A DNA stretch of 63,749 nucleotides, the filler included, from Thraustochytrium aureum (lineage: Eukaryota), in NCBI GenBank assembly GCA_012862495.1. It is 7 parts of 2 records of this genome, joined end to end, with 100 filler letters (N's around TTAATTAATTAA, not from the genome) between each part and the next. Parts side by side here need not be neighbours in the genome. Positions count along the whole stretch, not along the records: positions 52,378 to 60,657 come from BLSG01000182.1; positions 60,758 to 61,846 come from BLSG01000182.1; positions 61,947 to 63,749 come from BLSG01000182.1; 4 more parts are not named here. One strand, written 5' to 3'. Position 1 is the stretch's first letter, and each line of letters starts with the position of its first letter. Positions 55,360-63,749 of the stretch are shown here, one piece after another. The notes under the pieces were generated by a model. That model did no database searches. It worked only from the letters and a program-made list of their open reading frames with translations, and was not told the DNA's origin. A program made the translations under genes and the position numbers.

Positions 55360-58281
55360 AAAACAGAGAGACCGACCAACCCGGCCACCACCACGGCAAA
55401 CACCCCGAAAAGGAACTCGAAGGACGGAGCAGGAGACCAAGCCTTGCCGCTCGTTGCTATCGGCTTCTTGCGAGTGTCAACCGACCAAGCCACCGCTTTG
55501 GCTACGCGCGCTTGACCTGGGGCCTGCTGCATCGCGACGTCCGGCGCGGAGGCAGCACCGGGCGGCTGGCCCGGCTCGCGCCTGCCAAAGAGGGCGTCAT
55601 CGGTGACAAACTCCTCTTTCGGCACTCGCGCGATGATGAACGGCTCGCTCACAAGCACTACGCCGGGGACGGCGCCCCGCCTCGTGTCGGCGCGCTCGGG
55701 GTGCTCTTCCACGACAACGCGGTTCCCCTCTGCAGGGGCGACGCGGAGCGGCACGCCCACGTCAGCCCAGCCCTTGTTCGGGACCAAGTCCAATAGCGTT
55801 GCCTTGCCCCAAGGGGATCCTCAAGGTGCACAGACACGCGAGAAGTCTGGCGCATCCCGCACTTTACTCTGGTTCGGTCTGCGGCAGATCGGCGGCGCGT
55901 CAGGACCCAGCTACCCTGGCCTTGCGCCTGCGCGCCACACGTCGCCAACGAGCGGCGCTGTCATGCCGCTCGGCCCAACAACGACGAAAAGAACGCCGAG
56001 GCCCCCTTCGGCGACCCACTCGCCATCTTGGTCTTGTCGTTGTTCGAGCACAGAATAACTACCTGGCGCAAGGCCGCACGGGACGTGCCACGACCCTCTC
56101 CGCAAGGCCCTGGCTGGGCTCTGTGCGGGGCCCTTTCGCGGGGCCCCGCTGGAAACCTCGCTGTGCTTATCGGCCAGCGCGCTGGACAGTTCAGGCACGA
56201 TTTGCAAGCTCGCGCTCCCGTGCAGCCCTAAAATACTCCCTAAGGGGCCAAGGGCGAGCCGCGACGGCGCCGCGCTGGATGACGCCCATACAAAGCGCAC
56301 CATGTCGCCAACCTGCACCGCACTCGCGTTGCGCGGCTCCAAAAGACGCGTGCGCGCCGCGACGACCCAAAATGGCCCAGTGACGCCCCAAACAGGGCTG
56401 CTAAAACNNNNNNNNNNNNNNNNNNNNNNNNNNNNNNNNNNNNNNNNNNNNNNNNNNNNNNNNNNNNNNNNNNNNNNNNNNNNNNNNNNNNNNNNNNNNN
56501 NNNNNNNNNNNNNNNNNNNNNNNNNNNNNNNNNNNNNNNNNNNNNNNNNNNNNNNNNNNNNNNNNNNNNNNNNNNNNNNNNNNNNNNNNNNNNNNNNNNN
56601 NNNNNNNNNNNNNNNNNNNNNNNNNNNNNNNNNNNNNNNNNNNNNNNNNNNNNNNNNNNNNNNNNNNNNNNNNNNNNNNNNNNNNNNNNNNNNNNNNNNN
56701 NNNNNNNNNNNNNNNNNNNNNNNNNNNNNNNNNNNNNNNNNNNNNNNNNNNNNNNNNNNNNNNNNNNNNNNNNNNNNNNNNNNNNNNNNNNNNNNNNNNN
56801 NNNNNNNNNNNNNNNNNNNNNNNNNNNNNNNNNNNNNNNNNNNNNNNNNNNNNNNNNNNNNNNNNNNNNNNNNNNNNNNNNNNNNNNNNNNNNNNNNNNN
56901 NNNNNNNNNNNNNNNNNNNNNNNNNNNNNNNNNNNNNNNNNNNNNNNNNNNNNNNNNNNNNNNNNNNNNNNNNNNNNNNNNNNNNNNNNNNNNNNNNNNN
57001 NNNNNNNNNNNNNNNNNNNNNNNNNNNNNNNNNNNNNNNNNNNNNNNNNNNNNNNNNNNNNNNNNNNNNNNNNNNNNNNNNNNNNNNNNNNNNNNNNNNN
57101 NNNNNNNNNNNNNNNNNNNNNNNNNNNNNNNNNNNNNNNNNNNNNNNNNNNNNNNNNNNNNNNNNNNNCTCCAGCACGAATGCCTTGTAGCCGTGCACCC
57201 ATAGCGGCTCAGAGCGGCCAACCGGCGAACCTTGCAGGTAAGTCACCACATGGTACAATCCAGCCTCCAAGTCGGCACGCAGAGGCAGAGTCCACGACGC
57301 TTGCTTGCGCGTCGCGTCGACGCGGAGCATTCGGATGGATCTGCTCGCCAGAGCGGCGCGCGCAGCCTGGCGCTCGGCTTGTGTGCGCGGCGCGAGCGTA
57401 GAGCTCGGCTCCAAGACAAGGTCGATGCTTGTGTCCATTCCTGGCAATGCAAAGTAGCGCGTCTCCCACGCGAGCTTGATCTTCTCGCCCGCCTCAGCTA
57501 GGGACATCGCAGTTGGCGTGACAAACCGAATCTGTGGCCCGTGCACAGCAAACCGCGCGCTTTGGGCTCGAAGCTGACGAGCGTGGACAGCTCCCGCAGC
57601 CGCGTTCACGGAGTCGCCGAGCGGCGAGCTCTCGAGCTCGAACATGTACAAGTCCCCAGGCGCTGTGTCTGCCGGGATGGTTATGTTGCGCGCGGCAGAG
57701 CACGGTGCCCCGCTTGCGAGCAGCCGACGCTCGCCGTCGCTGCTTCGCAGGTATACACTCACGGTCGCTGGAGACCCTCGTCCGAGCGCTTCGGCGCGCC
57801 ATGCAACAACTACAACGTCCCCAACCACGTAACCTGAAAGGGCCCCATGCAGCGACTCGCCAGGGTTCGGCGCGGGCGGCTCCAGCACGATGATCCGCCT
57901 TGGCCGGACTTGAAACCCGGTGGTGCGCGGGAAGGCCCCGTCTGCGCAGGGCGTCAGAGTGCCGTCCGTTCCGATGGCCGAAAACCTGACGAAATATTGC
58001 GGCTCGCCGGCGCTCTCGCCAAAGCAGGGGTGCAGTCCGTCGCCTTCTGCGATCCAGCAGTTACTCGGCACGCGGTACCTGAACTTGCCCACCCGGGGCA
58101 CGTTTGCTTGCAAAACTGCTATCGGCCGTGTCCCCCCCTTTGCGGTAGCGCCTTGGTGCGCTGCGCGCTCAAGCGAGACTCGGAAGCGCCCGGGGCCTTG
58201 CGCAGCCGCGCTCCACTCGACCACGGCGTCCCTCCCTTCATGCCAAACCGTGAGGCCATCAGGCCGAGTGACCTTCAAGCC
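55360..58281 (-). CDS. Large surface protein with tandem Ig-like beta-sandwich modules (Kre9/Knh1-like N-terminal type) and a C-terminal TM helix; partial
   Basis: Recurring V/L-x-x-P...G-x-x-V-x-x-x-W starts: KVTRP..EGRDAVVEW, VLEPP..VGDVVVVAW, FVTP..AGEKIKLAW, LLEP..VGDMVRFVW; TM-like FLFGVFAVVVAGLVGLSVF. Spans a gap and a probable frameshift near 55900. Confidence 0.65.
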
Positions 58282-59759
58282 NNNNNNNNNNNNNNNNNNN
58301 NNNNNNNNNNNNNNNNNNNNNNNNNNNNNNNNNNNNNNNNNNNNNNNNNNNNNNNNNNNNNNNNNNNNNNNNNNNNNNNNNNNNNNNNNNNNNNNNNNNN
58401 NNNNNNNNNNNNNNNNNNNNNNNNNNNNNNNNNNNNNNNNNNNNNNNNNNNNNNNNNNNNNNNNNNNNNNNNNNNNNNNNNNNNNNNNNNNNNNNNNNNN
58501 NNNNNNNNNNNNNNNNNNNNNNNNNNNNNNNNNNNNNNNNNNNNNNNNNNNNNNNNNNNNNNNNNNNNNNNNNNNNNNNNNNNNNNNNNNNNNNNNNNNN
58601 NNNNNNNNNNNNNNNNNNNNNNNNNNNNNNNNNNNNNNNNNNNNNNNNNNNNNNNNNNNNNNNNNNNNNNNNNNNNNNNNNNNNNNNNNNNNNNNNNNNN
58701 NNNNNNNNNNNNNNNNNNNNNNNNNNNNNNNNNNNNNNNNNNNNNNNNNNNNNNNNNNNNNNNNNNNNNNNNNNNNNNNNNNNNNNNNNNNNNNNNNNNN
58801 NNNNNNNNNNNNNNNNNNNNNNNNNNNNNNNNNNNNNNNNNNNNNNNNNNNNNNNNNNNNNNNNNNNNNNNNNNNNNNNNNNNNNNNNNNNNNNNNNNNN
58901 NNNNNNNNNNNNNNNNNNNNNNNNNNNNNNNNNNNNNNNNNNNNNNNNNNNNNNNNNNNNNNNNNNNNNNNNNNNNNNNNNNNNNNNNNNNNNNNNNNNN
59001 NNNNNNNNNNNNNNNNNNNNNNNNNNNNNNNNNNNNNNNNNNNNNNNNNNNNNNNNNNNNNNNNNNNNNNNNNNNNNNNNNNNNNNNNNNNNNNNNNNNN
59101 NNNNNNNNNNNNNNNNNNNNNNNNNNNNNNNNNNNNNNNNNNNNNNNNNNNNNNNNNNNNNNNNNNNNNNNNNNNNNNNNNNNNNNNNNNNNNNNNNNNT
59201 GCTACTGACGTGCGAATGCTCTACTCGCTAGCCTAGCTTGCTTGCTTGCTTGCTAGAGCCAGAGCAGAGAGGTGCTTGGGAACAGCTGCGCTGCAAGAAA
59301 GGGGCGTTGGAATTGGGCGAGACGCGCTTCGCATTTTTTTGCGAGGCTTGTTGCGCATGTGTGGCAGCAACGACAACGCAACTGCCAGGAAGCAGTAACG
59401 AAGCGGGCGAGGCGGAAACGGGCGGCGCGGGGCAGCGGGGCTGAGCGCGACGAAGCGCGAAGCAAGCGCGTGCGTAGCAGGGCGCCTGAAGAGACGAGCA
59501 CGAACCAGCAGCTGGAGGCTTCGGCGCAGCTGGCCAGAGAGACGCTGGCAGTCGTAGGACGAGAGAAGCAGACAGTGTGGCGCGCCCAACAAAAAGGCCC
59601 GCCTGCGGCACCGGGCGAGCGCTTTGCTCGAGCGCTCGGACTGGCACAGCGTACCGCGCCCTCTGTTGAGCAGAGAAGCAGGAGTGGCAGGGCGCGCGCG
59701 CTCTGCCCAACCCTTGCCTGAACACAGTCACCAGACCTAGTCTGCAGGACTGGCCGGAA

Positions 59760-60657
59760 ATGAACAAGTACCAGGTGCTCGGCATTGTCGGCGAAGGGGC
59801 GTACGGTGTCGTCTTGAAATGCCGCAACAAGGAAAACCACCAAGTGGTTGCCATTAAAAAGTTCAAGGACAGCGACGACGAGGACATTGTGAAAAAGACA
59901 ACCCTGCGCGAAGTCAAGATCTTGCGGCTCCTCAAACACCCAAACATCGTCAACCTAAAGGAGGCGTTCAGGCGCAAGGGCAAACTCTACCTCGTGTTTG
60001 AGTACATGGACAACAACCTGCTCGAGGTGCTGGAGGAACAGCCAAACGGGCTGGACGCCGAACTGGTGCGCAAGTACATCTTCCAGCTTTGCATCGCAAT
60101 CTATTACTGCCACTCGAACCAGGTTATTCATCGGGACATTAAGCCGGAAAACCTGCTCGTTAACAAGGACCACAGCCTCAAGCTTTGCGATTTTGGATTC
60201 AGCCGCGTGGTGCAGCCGAGCCAATCGCTGACAGACTATGTCGCCACGCGGTGGTACAGGAGCCCAGAGCTCCTACTAGGGTCTACAAAGTATGACTTTA
60301 GCGTCGACTCGTGGGCCATCGCCTGCATCATGATCGAGCTCATCGACGGCCAGCCCCTTTTCCCCGGGGAGAGCGAGATCGACCAGCTCTACCTAATCCA
60401 ACGCACTCTGGGACCGCTCACAGCTGCGCAGAACCAGCTCTTCCTGCGCAACCCGCGGTTCGCGGGCCTCCGATTCCCGGATATGAGCCGCCCAGAGACC
60501 CTCAAGCGGCGCTACTTGGGCAAGCTGTCCAAGTCGGCTCTTTCCTTCCTCCAGGGCCTGCTCCAGATGGACCCACGAGACCGCCTCACCGGCCGCGACT
60601 GCCTCGAGCACCCTTACTTTGAGGGCCTCCGCGACGAGTACCTCGAGTCGTACGAGG
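59760..60657 (+). CDS. CDKL5: Cyclin-dependent kinase-like 5 family kinase (CDKL5/LF5-like), 3'-truncated
   Basis: [84 protein letters not shown]. Confidence 0.93.
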
Positions 60658-60757
60658 NNNNNNNNNNNNNNNNNNNNNNNNNNNNNNNNNNNNNNNNNNN
60701 NTTAATTAATTAANNNNNNNNNNNNNNNNNNNNNNNNNNNNNNNNNNNNNNNNNNNN
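60658..60757. other. Artificial scaffold linker
   Basis: TTAATTAATTAA at 60702-60713 within N runs. Confidence 0.97.
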
Positions 60758-61071
60758 TGGTCGTCCTGGCGAGGGCGCCTCCTGGCCGAGATTCCACGAG
60801 GCTCGGCAACGTCGGGGATGTCGCCGTACACCGACCGGTCAGCGCCTGTTCCTCCGGGCAGCGGTGGGGAGGCCGTTGGCGCCGGCTGCCCGTGAGGTCG
60901 TGGCGCTCGCTTTTTCTTCGGGCGGCCGGGGGGGGAGTCTTGGCTCTTGACCGATGTGCGATCACATCCCACCACGCAGGTCACGCTCGAGACGCACTAG
61001 ACCGTGGCGCTCGTCGGTGCCTTGGCGGTTGCGCAGACAGACCTGACCTGCCTCTGCAGGCGGACTTGGCG

Positions 61072-61846
61072 ATGGCCGCGTTCGCGACATTGGGCAGCGG
61101 CTGGACGCCGCGACTGTCCTCCGTGTCCACGTCCTCGTCAGAGTCCTCCGGGTGGGCGCACCCGACGCTGATCGACCTGCTGCCGGAGTGGGAGGACGAT
61201 GCACGAGAGCAACCGTTTGAAACGAGCGCCAAGAGCTGGCTCGACCCGCGCGACGCGCCGGCTCAGCAGCGGCGCCTGTGGAAAAGGGGACAGCCCGAGG
61301 GCCGGACAATGGGGAGGGCGCTTGGCCAGCGGCCAGCCGCCTTCGACGCACGGAGCAACTCGCTGAGGCTCTCAGGCATGCGCATCGCCAGAGTCGACCT
61401 CCGGCAGCTGCACCCGCGGTACCTTGCCGTGCGCGTGCTCGAGCTGGGCAGGAACAATATCCGCACGCTCGAGTGGGCCCGCGGGTTTCCCAGCTTGGAG
61501 CGGCTCAGCCTCGCGGACAACCTGATCGAAAGCTTCGCACAGGTCCGGCTCCTTGGCCCGTTGCGCGCCTTGCGTCGGCTCAGGCTCGCCGGCAACCCCG
61601 TGCAGTGGCTTCCGCACTTTGCTTGCAACGTAGCCGCCGCCGTCCCAAGCCTAGAGCAGCTCGACGGGCGGCCCACCCCAGACAAGACCATCGTGAGCGC
61701 GACCATCCGCAGGCAGAACGCGGCAATTGCGCTGCTGGTCGAGGACGAGTGCCTTGCACATGCGCTGCGGTTTTGCTTCCTGCTCGCCCGCATGCACGCA
61801 GAGCTCACCCAAGTCACCATCCGATACCCGAGCGTCTCGAACGAGA
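61072..61846 (+). CDS. SDS22-like leucine-rich repeat protein with LRR cap, 3'-truncated
   Basis: VRVLELGRNNIRTL, LERLSLADNLIESF, LRRLRLAGNPV, VPSLEQLDG; start codon uncertain. Confidence 0.88.
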
Positions 61847-61946
61847 NNNNNNNNNNNNNNNNNNNNNNNNNNNNNNNNNNNNNNNNNNNNTTAATTAATT
61901 AANNNNNNNNNNNNNNNNNNNNNNNNNNNNNNNNNNNNNNNNNNNN
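61847..61946. other. Artificial scaffold linker
   Basis: TTAATTAATTAA at 61891-61902 within N runs. Confidence 0.97.
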
Positions 61947-62509
61947 GACATGGTGAACGAGCTCGCTGCCTTCTACGGGCAGGAGATGTCGAGCGACGCA
62001 AGGCAGCGCACATGGCTGCTGCTGTCGGGCCTCAGCAGGACCGCGGCCGACGCCAGCACGCAGGCGGCGGCTGTTGCGTCGCAAGAGGCCGTCAAGGCCA
62101 TCTCCGCCCGCGTCGCGAGTGAAGCGATGGCCGGAGCCATGCTGAAGATGGTACCCGTGGTTGGCCCGCTGACGAGCGCGAGCATCAACACGACAACGAC
62201 GTACGTGATCGGGCAGCGGGCCAAGGTGCTCTTCTCACAGGGTGAGGAGGCCCTCTCGTCTTGGGGCGACAGCGTCCGCGCGCTCTCTGGCGTCGACGAG
62301 CGGCGCCTCGCGCGCTGGGTCGCAAGCTCTGTAGGACTGTTCAAGTCGCGGGTCTTCGATAAGCTCGGCGCGTCGCGGGACGCGCTCGGGCGAATGGCTC
62401 GCTCGCGTTGCGTCCGGGGNNTGCTGGCGTCCGCCGCGGAATCTCCGCTCGGCTCAGCATCCGGCGCGGCGCAGCAGCAGGCGCCAAGGCGGCGCCGCCG
62501 GAGCCGTGA
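61947..62509 (+). CDS. EcsC/DUF697-like protein, 3' fragment
   Basis: KMVPVVGPLTSASINTTTTYVIGQRAKVLF resembles the C-terminal motif of EcsC/DUF697-type proteins. The stop is uncertain because of ambiguous bases at 62420-62421. Confidence 0.55.
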
Positions 62510-62781
62510 GCCTTGGCCGCATGGCGAGCATCGCGTGTGCGGCCGGCGCAGCCGCCTCTCTAGAGGCGCCCCGAAGGCCTGCATGATTGTCTTTTCCCTC
62601 CCGGCCCGCACCGCGCACGGGCCGCGACGCGTCGTCGAAGAGGAGCGCGCAGTATGTATGTACCCTCAGCGTAAACAAGGGAAGATGATCAATTCTGTTT
62701 CGTTTGCCGACCCTGCGCCGCGCAGCGCGGCGGTGACGCTCGCATACTATCTACACAAGCCCAAGCGCAGATGCGCCCGCG

Positions 62782-63749
62782 TCAGAGCCGCAAGGCCTGC
62801 TCGAGCTTGCCCCACACGTATGAGGTCTCGGCATCCTTGGCTTTGATTGCCATCCTGTGCCGCGACGTCAAGTCTCGGTTCTCGTCAAGGCTCTGCTCAA
62901 GCTTTTGCTCGAGATCTTGAGCGAGATGGGCATAGTGGGCCGCCTCCCGCCGTTTGCGGTCGAGCTCGGCTGCTGCTTCTTTCGTCCTGTGCGACGCCGC
63001 AGCGTTGGCACGGCGGAGCCCCTCCACCTCGCGCTGCAGCGCAGTGACCCGAGCCTCGAGGCGCTGGCGGCCCTCAAGCTCTGTCGCAAGCGTTTCCGTC
63101 GCAACAGCGCCGTGACCCACGGCCTGAGAGACACGAGCCAGCTCCTGACGCGCCTGGTGCGCAGCCGCTTCGGCGGCTCGGTTTGCCGTGAGAGCGGCCT
63201 GGAGCTCGCGCGTGGCGCGGTCAGCGTCCATGCGCAACAGCTGGTTTTCGTGCTCCAGCCGGGACACGGCGAGTTGGTGGTCTTGCCGGAACTTTGACTC
63301 GGCGGCGCGGATCCGCCCTGCGGCCTGGCGCGCGGCCTCCTTCGCCGCCTCGGCCTGCTTGCGAAGGCTTTCGATCTGCTCGGTGTAGTAGGTCTTCGTT
63401 TCCGACTGCCGCGCGAGCTCCTGCTCCAGCTCTAGCGCCTCGCTTCTCGCGCGCTGTAGGTTGCGCTCCACGAGCTCCCGCTCGGCGCGCTCTTCGTCCA
63501 GCGTGCGCTGGAGCTGCGCCGCCTTGGTCGCGGCGGCGAGCCGCTCCATCTCCGACTGCTCGCGCGCGCGGTCGGCGCGCTTGAGCTTGGCCTCGAGTTG
63601 GGCCGAGCCGTCGCGCGCCTCGGCCTCGGCCTGGCGCGCGGCCGCCAGCAGGTGCTGCAGCTCGACCTTTTGCTGTGCGACCTGGGCGAGCTCTTGCTCG
63701 GCCGCCTCCTTGTCGCTCCGGGCCTGGCGAGCCGCGCCGCAAGCTCGCC
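62782..63749 (-). CDS. Long coiled-coil protein, 3' part (runs off window)
   Basis: Open frame of more than 300 codons rich in E/A/R/L/Q with heptad pattern. Confidence 0.85.
   Translation of the reverse strand, partial: RACGAARQARSDKEAAEQELAQVAQQKVELQHLLAAARQAEAEARDGSAQLEAKLKRADRAREQSEMERLAAATKAAQLQRTLDEERAERELVERNLQRARSEALELEQELARQSETKTYYTEQIESLRKQAEAAKEAARQAAGRIRAAESKFRQDHQLAVSRLEHENQLLRMDADRATRELQAALTANRAAEAAAHQARQELARVSQAVGHGAVATETLATELEGRQRLEARVTALQREVEGLRRANAAASHRTKEAAAELDRKRREAAHYAHLAQDLEQKLEQSLDENRDLTSRHRMAIKAKDAETSYVWGKLEQALRL

Noticed and set aside
52378..61846. CDKL5 plus LRR as a ciliary gene cluster; desaturase plus epoxide hydrolase as an oxylipin cluster
   Set aside because: CDKL5 and LRR are separated by an artificial linker. 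Desaturase and EH are adjacent but convergent, with no other support for a pathway.

Overview
This window is GC-rich, intron-poor eukaryotic nuclear DNA. The gene set (CDKL5-like kinase, 3R-MYB, MyTH4-FERM protein, eIF2D, TRM1, Amt, MOXD1-like monooxygenase, ALDH9, a fatty-acid desaturase) and one GT-AG intron with a GCTAAC branch site fit a flagellated protist. A stramenopile such as a labyrinthulomycete/thraustochytrid is plausible, but this is inference. The window is not contiguous: six artificial 100-bp linkers (44 N + TTAATTAATTAA + 44 N) join seven scaffolds (about 1-27012, 27113-48464, 48565-50908, 51009-52277, 52378-60657, 60758-61846, 61947-63749). Many genes carry single-base frameshifts, often in short homopolymers, most likely sequencing errors. 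No rRNA, tRNA, CRISPR array or intact mobile element was seen. The most interesting candidate system is a pair of tandem paralogues (638-3606 and 7150-12443, minus strand). They combine a PNUTS/PPP1R10-like N-terminal domain and PP1-docking motifs with 2 versus 4 copies of a large, divergent ankyrin-like module. Also notable are a giant prominin-like 5-TM protein, two paralogues sharing an unrecognised 'RFKxHL...QWxxFFSHRN' domain, a head-to-head pair of secreted proteins including a thaumatin-like protein with an altered acidic cleft, and a protein with a possible P-element/THAP9 transposase-derived segment. All family assignments are by eye from motifs; no database search was run.
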